From NCBI GenBank assembly GCA_019358935.1, contig JAHHIK010000012.1, forward strand, positions 32,001 through 96,000: a stretch of DNA of 64,000 nucleotides. The letters run 5' to 3'. The notes beneath the pieces were generated by a model. The model had not been told where the DNA came from and did no database searches. It saw only the letters and a program-made list of their open reading frames with translations. Positions 1 through 9,363 of the stretch are shown piece by piece (position 1 is the first letter of the stretch; each line of letters opens with the position of its first letter). Source of the stretch: Tolypothrix carrinoi HA7290-LM1. GTDB lineage: Bacteria; Cyanobacteriota; Cyanobacteriia; Cyanobacteriales; Nostocaceae. Both the position numbers and the translations under genes were made by a program.

Positions 1-987
1 CAAGATTGTAGTTATGTCTAACTGTTGGGCGAACTCAACGATCGCTTTCCAAGTTTGGTCTGTACAAGTAACTAAATCTTGGCGTTTGGGCGCAGTTTTA
101 GCGATGAGTAAATCGCGGTAGAATGCAGCAAGATTCTGGAGAATAGTTAAAGGTTCGCGACCACGGTCAAGGATTTTGCGGGTGCTGTCAAGAACCGCTT
201 CGGGATTATTTTGAGCGATCGCGTTCACCAATACAAGCATTTCTTGTTCGCTTACCGAACCGACTAAATCCCAAACTCGCTCTGGTGTCACTTCACCGGC
301 TAATAGTGCTAATTGGTCGAGCAAACTTTCTGCATCGCGCAATCCACCTTGAGCAATTTGGGCAACTAATTTTACAGCGTCATCAGAAATATTGATATTT
401 TCTCGGCTGGCGATCACTTTCAAATGCTTCACCATTGCCTCTATCTGAATTCGTCTAAAATCAAACCTTTGACAGCGAGAAATAATCGTTGGTAAAACTC
501 TTTGCGGGTCTGTTGTCGCCAAGACAAAGACAACGTGTCTCGGTGGTTCTTCTAATGTCTTTAGTAGCGAATTAAATGCCGCATTACTGAGCATGTGACA
601 CTCATCAATCACATAAACCTTATAGCGACATTGAACCGGGGCAAACTGCGCCTTTTCAATGAGTTCCCGGATATTATCGACACCAGTATTGCTGGCGGCA
701 TCGATTTCTATTACATCTAGAGAATAGCCTTTAGTGATTCCCTGACATACATCGCAGATGCCGCAAGGTTTTGCTGTGGGTTTGTCACTATTAAGACAAT
801 TGAGGGATTTGGCGAGAATTCTCGCACTAGAGGTTTTCCCTGTACCTCTAGGACCAGTAAATAAATATGCTGGGGCTATTTTAGCTGTGCGAATAGCGTT
901 AGTGAGAGTCAAGGCGATCGCCTCTTGACCCACCAATTCAGCAAAACTCTTTGGGCGATACTTGTGGTGCAGCGGTTCGTAAGACAT
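1..987 (-). CDS. dnaX: DNA polymerase III subunit gamma/tau, N-terminal part (runs off the window start)
   Basis: Not in the ORF track. Reverse strand from ATG at 987 reads MSYEPLHHKYRPKSFAELVGQ..., with Walker A GPRGTGKTS, VIDECHML, LLKTLEEPP and TIISRCQRFDF motifs. Confidence 0.95.
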   Translation of the reverse strand, partial: MSYEPLHHKYRPKSFAELVGQEAIALTLTNAIRTAKIAPAYLFTGPRGTGKTSSARILAKSLNCLNSDKPTAKPCGICDVCQGITKGYSLDVIEIDAASNTGVDNIRELIEKAQFAPVQCRYKVYVIDECHMLSNAAFNSLLKTLEEPPRHVVFVLATTDPQRVLPTIISRCQRFDFRRIQIEAMVKHLKVIASRENINISDDAVKLVAQIAQGGLRDAESLLDQLALLAGEVTPERVWDLVGSVSEQEMLVLVNAIAQNNPEAVLDSTRKILDRGREPLTILQNLAAFYRDLLIAKTAPKRQDLVTCTDQTWKAIVEFAQQLDITTIL

Positions 988-1272
988 GGAATTGAAACGT
1001 CAATGCCAAGAAGATTGGTTAATTAGTAGCACTCAAAAGAGTTTGCCATGAAACTATTTTAAACTTACCGCCTTTTATTGTGGATAGCGAAATTGCCGCT
1101 TCTAATTGTCTTCCTTCTAATGGTTGATTTTCTCGTCTACATCAACATAAAAATTCATATAGACTGTTAAAATTTATTAATTTTTAATTTATAATTCCTA
1201 ATTCGCAAAGCGCTTAAGCGATCGAGTGTATCGTAGACATCGCTACAATCTTAAAATAACCAACACTCAGGG

Positions 1273-1998
1273 GTGCAGCAGATGCTCAATAGGCTCCTTC
1301 ACTGGCTTAAAAGGTTTTTTCAACGCTTGTTTGGTAAAAAACAGACTTCATCTTCATCAGTGGGTAATGTTCAAAAAGAACCTGCTCCACCCCTGACAGA
1401 TACGGATCTGGAATTTCTCTTCAGCGAACTTTTAGAAGGAGTACATCAAGCACGAGGGCAAGCTTGGGCGCTGAAGTGGCTGCATAATATTGAACATCGC
1501 ATCTCAACTCAACGTTGGCTGGAATGGTTACAGCGCTTTAGTGAAAAATTGTTAGCATCATCAGCACCTAATAATGAATTAGCATCCCGGATGGTGGATC
1601 TGGGTGAGTTGGAAGTCGGCGAAGTCGGCGATGCTGCCTATGATATTGGAATGCGACTGTTGACACGCAATGTCAGCGAACCAGTATGGGAGTATGAGGG
1701 ACCAGATGCTGTCAAGACCACTCCTGAACCCGAACAAATGAATAAAGCAACAGCACCAGCAGCAGAGTTAGAAAACCCGCCCAAAAAAGAATTATCAACC
1801 GATCCTGCACCCGCAGCAGAGTCAGAAACTGTGCCGGAGGAAGAATTGCAAACCGTCACCCTAGACGAGTTGTTTGTGATGTTGCAGCAGGATGAAAGCT
1901 TACGCCAGCAAATTTCCCAACAGTTAGGAATTGAGACAGACGATCCGCAATTGATTGTCCAGGAATTGTTTAATCAATTTCAAGCTGCGAATCAATAA
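1273..1998 (+). CDS. Hypothetical protein, paralog of the N-terminal region of the downstream TPR-CHAT protein
   Basis: 241-aa ORF. LLEGVHQARGQ...LLASSAPNNELA..RMVDLGEL and TLDEL motifs align with the first ~310 aa of 2238..5927. Confidence 0.8.
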   Translation: MQQMLNRLLHWLKRFFQRLFGKKQTSSSSVGNVQKEPAPPLTDTDLEFLFSELLEGVHQARGQAWALKWLHNIEHRISTQRWLEWLQRFSEKLLASSAPNNELASRMVDLGELEVGEVGDAAYDIGMRLLTRNVSEPVWEYEGPDAVKTTPEPEQMNKATAPAAELENPPKKELSTDPAPAAESETVPEEELQTVTLDELFVMLQQDESLRQQISQQLGIETDDPQLIVQELFNQFQAANQ

Positions 1999-2000
1999 AA

Positions 2001-2156
2001 ATGGGGAATTGGGCAATGGGTAATGGGTAATGGGTAATGGGTAATAGAAAGAAATTGTCTCCCTTGTCTCCCTTGTCTCCCTTGTCTCCCTTGTCTCCCT
2101 TGTCTCCCTTGTCTCCCTTGTCCCCCCATTCCCCATTCCCCATTCCCCATTCCCCT
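2001..2156. repeat. STRR-type short tandem repeats (TAATGGG, TTGTCTCCC, CCCCATT)
   Basis: Directly visible 7- and 9-mer tandem arrays in the intergenic region. Confidence 0.9.
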
Positions 2157-2237
2157 TGATAATCTACTAGGTTTTTAAGTAATGCTTACTTTTTTTAACA
2201 CAGCGCTCGTTAAAATCTATGAGAAACAACATCCAGA

Positions 2238-5200
2238 GTGCGGCAGATGCTCAAGCGGCTAGTTCAGTGGCTTAATAAATTTTGGAAACGCGTCTTTGGC
2301 ACGAAACGGACTCGTTCTCAAAACCGTATAAAAAGACAAAATGTGGTGCATCAAGCACCGGAATTAACAAACGCCGATCTTGAAGTTTTGTATAACCAAC
2401 TGCTAGAAGGCGTATATCAGGCACGAGGACAACAGTGGGCGCAGAAATATCTGCAACGAATGGAAAATCGGATTAGCGTTGACCGCTGGCTTGATTGGTT
2501 GCTGAGTTTTGGCGAAAAATTGTTAGCATCACCCGCACCGAATAATCAGTTAGCAACGCGAATGGTGCAACTGGGTGAACTTGGTGTCGGCATAATTGGC
2601 GATCTTTCTTATGACATTGGTATCCGGTTGTTGACGCGGAATTTAGGAGAAATTTATTGGGACGAAAACGAGGAAAATGTTGAACATACAACGTCTACAG
2701 CAATTCTCACCTCTATTGAAATTGGGGATGCGGAAAACTTTGAAGAACTCGAATGGCAGTATGAAGCGCCAGAAACTGAAACTAGTACTCAGGATGTGCC
2801 AAGCGCTTCCGCAAATGGGGAAATACAAAACGGCGAATTAGTATGGGAGTTTCAAGCGCCAGAAGCTGAAAGTATAACGCCTGCACCAGAGGAAACTCAA
2901 AGCGAAGAAGAGTTGATACAGAACTTGGGCGAACTGGTATGGGAGTTTCAAGCGCCAGAAGCTGAAAGTATAACGCCTGTTGTGGAAGAGGTATTACCCG
3001 TTAGCCTTATGTCTGTTGGCGAAACGTTGGTCGAAAACAGCCCAGAAGCATCTACACAAACAACTTGGGATGAGTCGCTGGCAAATTTAGAACCAGATGT
3101 AGCCCAGACGCTGGATGAGTTGTTGGTGAGGTTAGATCAAAGTACCAGCTTAGTTCAGCAACTCGCTTCCGGACTGGCAATTCCAAAGACTGAACCACCA
3201 CAACTAGTTAGTACTGATACTCAGGCACAAGAATGGTTTTATCAAGGACTTCAACAAGCCAAGACTGGTGATTTGTCAGGGGCGATCGCTTCTTACAATC
3301 AAGCTTTACAAATTAACCCGTCTATGTATGAAGTTTGGTTTAACCGAGGTTTGACATTATTTCACTTAGGACACTTCTCTGATGCGATCGCCTCTTATGA
3401 CAGAGCGTTAGAACTTAAACAAGACTCTCCTAAAGCTTGGTACAATCGAGGCGGCATCTTAGGCGAATTAGGACACTTTTCTGAAGCGATCGCCTCTTTC
3501 GATGTCGCACTGGAAATTCAGCCAGACTACGAAGAAGCTTGGTCTAGCCGGGGTTTCGCCCTGCTGAAATTAGGAAGGCTAGACCAAGCCGTTTTTAGTT
3601 ACGACAAAGCACTGGAATTGCAACCAGAGGACCCGCAAAACTGGTATTACCGAGGAATTGCACTCGCCGTAGATCAACGAAACTCGGAAGCGATCGCCTC
3701 TTACGACAATGCATTAGAAATTTATCCAGATTATCCCGAAGTTTGGATCGACCGAGGCGTAGTGTTAGGACAATTAGGACAATGGTCAGAAGCAATTGAG
3801 TCTTGGGATAAAGCTTTAGAAATTCAACCGCATTTTTACTTAACTTGGTTCAATATAGGTATCGCCTTAGACAACTTAAATCGGCGAACAGAAGCGATCG
3901 CCTCTTATGACAAAGCGATAGAAATCAATCCGGAATTTCACTTAGCTTGGTACAACCAAGCTTCTTCGCTGTTTCATATCGGAGAATTTGTAGAAGCGAT
4001 CAAAGCTTATGATGGTGCTTTGCAACTTCAACCAGATTATTGGGAAGCTTGGATTGGTCGAGGTACATCCGCTGGAATGGCAGTAAATCCGCTTTTGAAA
4101 GAAGGCGATTATGATGCAAAATTGATCAGCTATGAAGCCGGATTGGACTATGTTCGCCAAGATACACACCAAGAAGGTTGGGGGAGATTGCATTTAGCGA
4201 TCGCCAACGCACATTACGACCGAGGAAAAAGACATCCCGCACCCCACTATTATTGGCATCAAGCCGTATCTGAGTACAATCAGGCGCTTTTAACCCTCAC
4301 ACAAGAAGACTTTCCCCAACTGCATCTAGAAGTATTGCAAAACTTTATCAAAGCGCTTTTAGGTTTGGGGGAAATCACACTAGCCCAAGAATTATTACAA
4401 CACGCTACAGATGCATGGCAACGTTTATTAAATGAACCAAGTTCTGAAGAAAGTAAAAAACAACTAGCTTTGAAATTTGCTGGTTTTGGACAGTTAGCAG
4501 TTGATTTAGCCATACAATCTGGCGAATGGCGACAAGCTTTAGAAATCGCCGAATACAACAAAAATGCTTGTTTAACTTGGCTGATTTTTGGTTGGACTGA
4601 TGACATCTCTTCACCTAATTATCCAGAAATTCAACAACTTATTAATCCGACAACCGCAATCATTTACTGGCACATCAGCCCTTACGCTTTACGCACCTTC
4701 ATAATCAAAGATAATGCCCCAGAACCCATCCCCGTCTTTACACCCATAATTAGTGCCGCAGTCAGTGATGAATTTCCCCTACCTGAAGCCGTGCAAATTC
4801 TGGTGGAATTAGAAGATTGGCTAGACGATTGGAATCAACAATATCAGGAATATCGCAGCTTAGATCAAGACAAACAAAGCAAAGATAATCATTCCTGGTT
4901 AGTGGATATGGAACAGAGGCTTTTGCATCTGAAAAATATCCTTAATATTTCCACAATTGAGGACGAACTTGAAGGCATCAACCAATTAATTTTAATTCCC
5001 CACCGCGACTTACACAGATTTCCTCTTCATGCCCTTTTCAATATTTCTTCTCAGGAAGAATCGCCGAACGATACAAATTACACAATTACCTATTTGCCAA
5101 GCGCTCAAATCGGCTTATCTCTAAATTCCCAACTAGAACCCCAGGCAAATGAAGAAAAATTATTAAGTATTGAACATCCCAACAGTACAGATTATCCGCC

Positions 5201-5927
5201 ACTCAAATTTGCCAAATTTGAATCAGAAACTATTAGCCAAATGTTCGATAATCCCAAACGATACCAAGGAGCGCAAGCGACAAAAAATGTAGTGGAATAT
5301 GCCTTATCTTGTGATTACAATATATTTCATTTTACAGGTCATGGAATCGACAATTTTATTGAGCCGAAAAAATCACAACTGGTATTATCAGGTGAAGATA
5401 AACTAACCTTAGAAGAAATCTACCAAAAGACACTTACAAATTATAACTTAGTTACTCTTTCAGCTTGCGAAACTGCTATTACTAGCAAGCAAACTATCAG
5501 CAGCGAGTATCTAGGTTTAGCGAGTGGTTTTTTAAGTCGTGGTTCTGCTCATGTAGTTAGTACCTTGTGGACTGTAGAATCAACTGCAAATGCCTTATTG
5601 ATGATTGAGTTTTATCGACGACGACAGCCACACAAATTAGAAGCCGCAGCCTTAGCAGAAGCCACAAAATGGCTAAAAGAACTAACAGTTGGAGACTTGA
5701 ATAAATGGTATGAAGATTTGCTAAACACTTTGCCTGCCGATGAATTCAGAATTAAGGCGTATTTAGCAACAGAAATGTATAGAACTAGAAAACTCGCAGC
5801 CGATGAAAAGCTTTACAATCACCCTTACTATTGGGCAGCATTCACAATTGCAGGTAAACTAATTGCCAAAGCAAAATCAGACGATCTAGAAAATTTTTAC
5901 ACCCTAATACTCGATCAAGAATTTTAA
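2238..5927 (+). CDS. TPR-repeat / CHAT (caspase-HetF-like) domain protease
   Basis: About nine TPRs of the AWYNRG...AIASYDKAL type. C-terminal CHAT motifs LILIPHRDLHRFPLHAL, FHFTGHG, LSACET, VVSTLWTV and HPYYWAAF; catalytic His/Cys intact. Confidence 0.9.
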   Translation: MRQMLKRLVQWLNKFWKRVFGTKRTRSQNRIKRQNVVHQAPELTNADLEVLYNQLLEGVYQARGQQWAQKYLQRMENRISVDRWLDWLLSFGEKLLASPAPNNQLATRMVQLGELGVGIIGDLSYDIGIRLLTRNLGEIYWDENEENVEHTTSTAILTSIEIGDAENFEELEWQYEAPETETSTQDVPSASANGEIQNGELVWEFQAPEAESITPAPEETQSEEELIQNLGELVWEFQAPEAESITPVVEEVLPVSLMSVGETLVENSPEASTQTTWDESLANLEPDVAQTLDELLVRLDQSTSLVQQLASGLAIPKTEPPQLVSTDTQAQEWFYQGLQQAKTGDLSGAIASYNQALQINPSMYEVWFNRGLTLFHLGHFSDAIASYDRALELKQDSPKAWYNRGGILGELGHFSEAIASFDVALEIQPDYEEAWSSRGFALLKLGRLDQAVFSYDKALELQPEDPQNWYYRGIALAVDQRNSEAIASYDNALEIYPDYPEVWIDRGVVLGQLGQWSEAIESWDKALEIQPHFYLTWFNIGIALDNLNRRTEAIASYDKAIEINPEFHLAWYNQASSLFHIGEFVEAIKAYDGALQLQPDYWEAWIGRGTSAGMAVNPLLKEGDYDAKLISYEAGLDYVRQDTHQEGWGRLHLAIANAHYDRGKRHPAPHYYWHQAVSEYNQALLTLTQEDFPQLHLEVLQNFIKALLGLGEITLAQELLQHATDAWQRLLNEPSSEESKKQLALKFAGFGQLAVDLAIQSGEWRQALEIAEYNKNACLTWLIFGWTDDISSPNYPEIQQLINPTTAIIYWHISPYALRTFIIKDNAPEPIPVFTPIISAAVSDEFPLPEAVQILVELEDWLDDWNQQYQEYRSLDQDKQSKDNHSWLVDMEQRLLHLKNILNISTIEDELEGINQLILIPHRDLHRFPLHALFNISSQEESPNDTNYTITYLPSAQIGLSLNSQLEPQANEEKLLSIEHPNSTDYPPLKFAKFESETISQMFDNPKRYQGAQATKNVVEYALSCDYNIFHFTGHGIDNFIEPKKSQLVLSGEDKLTLEEIYQKTLTNYNLVTLSACETAITSKQTISSEYLGLASGFLSRGSAHVVSTLWTVESTANALLMIEFYRRRQPHKLEAAALAEATKWLKELTVGDLNKWYEDLLNTLPADEFRIKAYLATEMYRTRKLAADEKLYNHPYYWAAFTIAGKLIAKAKSDDLENFYTLILDQEF

Positions 5928-6008
5928 GAATTTCTTCTTCGTAGTGAGCGATGAATCGCTCAATCGCTCATTACAAGATTAAATTATTGATGCTAGAAGA
6001 ACCGAGTT

Positions 6009-7418
6009 ATGAGTCAAGTAGCTACATACCACATTCCAGATTTTCATTTCGACTATTACAGCATTATTCCCCATAAAACCCAGCCGCAACTATTAATGGT
6101 ATCTAATGAAAATGGCTGGTCTTTGCCTCATTTTGTTCCTTACGAGCATCACTTTGGGATTGTAGACCACATTAATCAAGAAATCAAAGTGCAACTAGGA
6201 TTAAATGTCACGACATTGCGTTGCTTTCATGAAGATTACAGTCGAGAAACCAAAACTGGGTGTAGGGTGTATGCAATGGAAAATCATTCTCCGCAATGGA
6301 CACTTCCGACAAATGCACGTTGGATAGAGTTTCATGAATTAGATAGTCTGATATTTGCAATGCCTAAACTACGCCACATTTCAAAATCTTGGTTTGCTGA
6401 AATTATCAGCAATAACATACCAAAATTGCGAGTTCCTTGGGCAAGAATTGGATGGTTTGAAAAAGCTGTGGTTTGGATTAATCTACAACTTAATAATTTC
6501 AGCTTGAGTGCTACTACTCCTATCATACAAGTGAAAAACTGGGAAATTTCTAGTTTATTAAAAGTGAATACAACATCTGGAAATTTTTACTTAAAAGCAG
6601 CGCCTACTACTTTTGCTAATGAACCTAAATTAACTTATTTACTCAGTAAAATGTATCCTAATTACGTTCCTAAATTACTGGCTGTGGATACAGAAGAGCA
6701 GTGGATGTTAATGCGGGATTTTGGTGGAGAGCATCTTGCAAAAATTACGGATATTTTCCAATGGGAAGCAGCACTTCGCTTGTTTGCCGAAATGCAAATT
6801 CAGGCTGTTGAACAAGTAGATAAATTACTTATTTTGGGCTTTCCTGACAGACAGGTAGATCGACTAGCTAGCCAAATTGATCCACTGTTTGCAGACACCT
6901 CAGCGTTAGTACCGCAAACCGACTCAGGTCTTTCTGAAACTGAAATAGAAACATTGCGCTCTTTGACTTCTCATCTCAAGGAAATGTGCCGTGAGTTAGC
7001 TGTTTGTGGTATACCGTCAACGCTAATACACGGTGATTTGCACCCGCAAAATGTGGTTGTGACTGATGGAAAGCATATCTATTTTGACTGGTCTGATGCA
7101 GCGATATCTCATCCCTTTTTCGATATAGTTAACTTTTTGCAAAAGATTGAAGAGGAACTTCCGGACGTTGCAGATATACGAATCCGTTTACGCAATGTTT
7201 ACTTAGAAAGTTGGACAATCTATCTACCGATGGAACAATTGATTTCACTTTTTGAGAAAACGCAACCTTTGGCGGCTCTTTACAATGCCATTGTCTATTC
7301 CGAAATAACTCAAAATTTGGAAGCTTCTCAAAAATGGCAAATGGCAGGAGCTGTTCCTTTTTTCCTCAAAACACTAATAAAAAAAATTCACTGTGTAACG
7401 CACCTTACAAGCTTATGA
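6009..7418 (+). CDS. Aminoglycoside phosphotransferase-like kinase with N-terminal extension
   Basis: TLIHGDLHPQN (Brenner motif), YFDWSDA and FYLKA motifs. Confidence 0.8.
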   Translation: MSQVATYHIPDFHFDYYSIIPHKTQPQLLMVSNENGWSLPHFVPYEHHFGIVDHINQEIKVQLGLNVTTLRCFHEDYSRETKTGCRVYAMENHSPQWTLPTNARWIEFHELDSLIFAMPKLRHISKSWFAEIISNNIPKLRVPWARIGWFEKAVVWINLQLNNFSLSATTPIIQVKNWEISSLLKVNTTSGNFYLKAAPTTFANEPKLTYLLSKMYPNYVPKLLAVDTEEQWMLMRDFGGEHLAKITDIFQWEAALRLFAEMQIQAVEQVDKLLILGFPDRQVDRLASQIDPLFADTSALVPQTDSGLSETEIETLRSLTSHLKEMCRELAVCGIPSTLIHGDLHPQNVVVTDGKHIYFDWSDAAISHPFFDIVNFLQKIEEELPDVADIRIRLRNVYLESWTIYLPMEQLISLFEKTQPLAALYNAIVYSEITQNLEASQKWQMAGAVPFFLKTLIKKIHCVTHLTSL

Positions 7419-7442
7419 ATTTTATCTTGACTTTTTCTAACA

Positions 7443-7877
7443 ATGCAAAAAAGTGTAAACAGCCTAATTCTGACAAGCTTACTTTTTCTTGCCCCTATTC
7501 ACATAAATACATTTGTTCGCGCTCAGTCACCACAAACATCTACTCAAAATTCCAGTGAAAAGATTTTCACAAAAGATGAGTTGTACTTTGGCTTATCCAA
7601 ATTAGGAGGAGATACAATATCTGAGCTTGAATGGCAGCTATTTTTGAACCGTGTAGTTACACCCCGCTTTCGTGAAGGATTAACTGTAATAGATGCATAC
7701 GGGCAATATTTAAATAGTTATGGTATGACCAGAGAAAAGACCAAGATAGTAATTTTGATTTACGAAAATAGTCGCACTAAAAATCAGATGATTGAAGAGG
7801 TGATAGCAAGTTATAAGCGAAAATTTCAGCAGGAATCTGTTTTGCGCGTAACTAGCACTGTTAAGGTATCTTTCTAA
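7443..7877 (+). CDS. DUF3574-family exported protein
   Basis: Signal-peptide-like N-terminus; ELYFGLS..., VTPRFREGLTVIDAYGQY and FQQESVLRV motifs. Confidence 0.75.
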   Translation: MQKSVNSLILTSLLFLAPIHINTFVRAQSPQTSTQNSSEKIFTKDELYFGLSKLGGDTISELEWQLFLNRVVTPRFREGLTVIDAYGQYLNSYGMTREKTKIVILIYENSRTKNQMIEEVIASYKRKFQQESVLRVTSTVKVSF

Positions 7878-8518
7878 TGATATTCCCAAAAATTTTAACT
7901 GAGGATAATTTTGCTGACGGGTTGAACTTTCTGATATCACGAGATCCAGACTTGGCGGAAATTTTCACTCGCTTTGGTACACCACCGCTTTGGGTACGCG
8001 AACCCGGTTTTTCCACACTTATTCAAATTATTTTAGAACAACAAGTTTCTCTCGCATCGGCAAAAGCAGTTTATACTCGTTTGCAAGCAGCTATATCTCC
8101 AATTACTCCAGAGTTATTTCTGCAACTTGATGATGTGGAAATCAAACGAATAGGATTTAGTCGGCAAAAAACTCTTTATGCACGCACATTAGCACAATCT
8201 ATCATTGCAGGGCAGCTTGATTTATCTAGTCTCAGCACGATGGATGATGAAGAAGTACGCAGTATCCTGAAAAAGCTCAAAGGTATCGGCGATTGGACAG
8301 TTGATATATATTTAATGATGGCACTCAGGCGATCGGATAGTTTACCCAAAGGTGACTTGGGGTTAATATTAGCAATACAGAAAGTTAAACGATTAGAACA
8401 TCGACCCTCAGCAGCAGAAATTGTAGCGATCGCTGAAATTTGGCGTCCTTGGAGAGCAGTAGCCACGCGCTTATTATGGCATTATTATCTCAGTGAGCGA
8501 TTACTCCGACAGAAATAA
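7877..8518 (+). CDS. DNA-3-methyladenine glycosylase II (AlkA/HhH-GPD family)
   Basis: ILEQQVSLASA, HhH motif LKGIGDWT and WRPWRAVA. Start overlaps the upstream stop (TAATG). Confidence 0.88.
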   Translation: MIFPKILTEDNFADGLNFLISRDPDLAEIFTRFGTPPLWVREPGFSTLIQIILEQQVSLASAKAVYTRLQAAISPITPELFLQLDDVEIKRIGFSRQKTLYARTLAQSIIAGQLDLSSLSTMDDEEVRSILKKLKGIGDWTVDIYLMMALRRSDSLPKGDLGLILAIQKVKRLEHRPSAAEIVAIAEIWRPWRAVATRLLWHYYLSERLLRQK

Positions 8519-8537
8519 AATTTTACTCATCCTGAAG

Positions 8538-9257
8538 CTAACGCTTCTGGCAAATATACTCAGCATATTCAGTTGTTGGGTAATCTTTTTCTATAATCTC
8601 AAAGCCACTTCGCGTTAACATACTTTCTAGAATCCAAGCAAAAGTGCTGTTTTCCTCACGCACATGCATTTCAAAGTCTGCTTTAGTGAAACCTTCACCC
8701 GCAGGTTTTGCTACACGATTTATCCAAGCGTCGATACTTGAACAATACTCGTTAGGTTCAAAAGAAAAAACTACATCTCGCAGATACAGCACTCCTCCCG
8801 GTTTCAACATTGACTGCATCCGCAACAATCCCACCATCTTCCAAAAATCGGGCAAGTGATGAAAGGCAAACTTCGTTACAATATAATCAACTTGTTCGCC
8901 TTGGTGTTCGTAAGTGAGAAAACCAGCACGATAAAACTCGATATTTTCAGCATTGGCAGCACTGGCTTTGTGTCGAGCATAAGATAACATAGCATCAGAC
9001 ACATCCACAGCATATACGTAAGCCCCTGCAACTGCTGCTTGAATGGCAAAAGTAGCCGTTCCTGTTCCTATTTCAATTACAGTATGCTCTTTTGAAATGC
9101 CCAGACGTTGAATTAATGCCTGATTGACTTCGGGAGTATTTGATGTTTGTTTGCGATCGTAGGACTGCACTTGTGCAGCATCCTCAAAATCAACGCCTAT
9201 CTGTTGCAATTCATCATAATACCACCCAGGAATCATAGTCATTTGACTGCACCGCAT
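8538..9257 (-). CDS. Class I SAM-dependent methyltransferase (true start may be a few codons downstream)
   Basis: VIEIGTGTA, VYAVDVSDAML, FHHLPD and LKPGGVLYL motifs. Confidence 0.85.
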   Translation of the reverse strand: MRCSQMTMIPGWYYDELQQIGVDFEDAAQVQSYDRKQTSNTPEVNQALIQRLGISKEHTVIEIGTGTATFAIQAAVAGAYVYAVDVSDAMLSYARHKASAANAENIEFYRAGFLTYEHQGEQVDYIVTKFAFHHLPDFWKMVGLLRMQSMLKPGGVLYLRDVVFSFEPNEYCSSIDAWINRVAKPAGEGFTKADFEMHVREENSTFAWILESMLTRSGFEIIEKDYPTTEYAEYICQKR

Positions 9258-9363
9258 TTTTTAATAGGTTTGGCATTCTCACCCTAATAACCGTCTTCAG
9301 GGCAAGTAAATAGCAGTCTACAATAGTAGCCTAAAGAAGGATTATGCCCAACCACGTAATTAT

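Noticed and set aside
560..640. Intein in dnaX (present at this motif in some cyanobacteria)
   Set aside because: The frame reads VYVIDECHMLS continuously, with no insertion.
2238..5927. Calling the CHAT protease hetF
   Set aside because: The domain order (C-terminal CHAT after many TPRs) differs from HetF; it belongs to the wider TPR-CHAT family.
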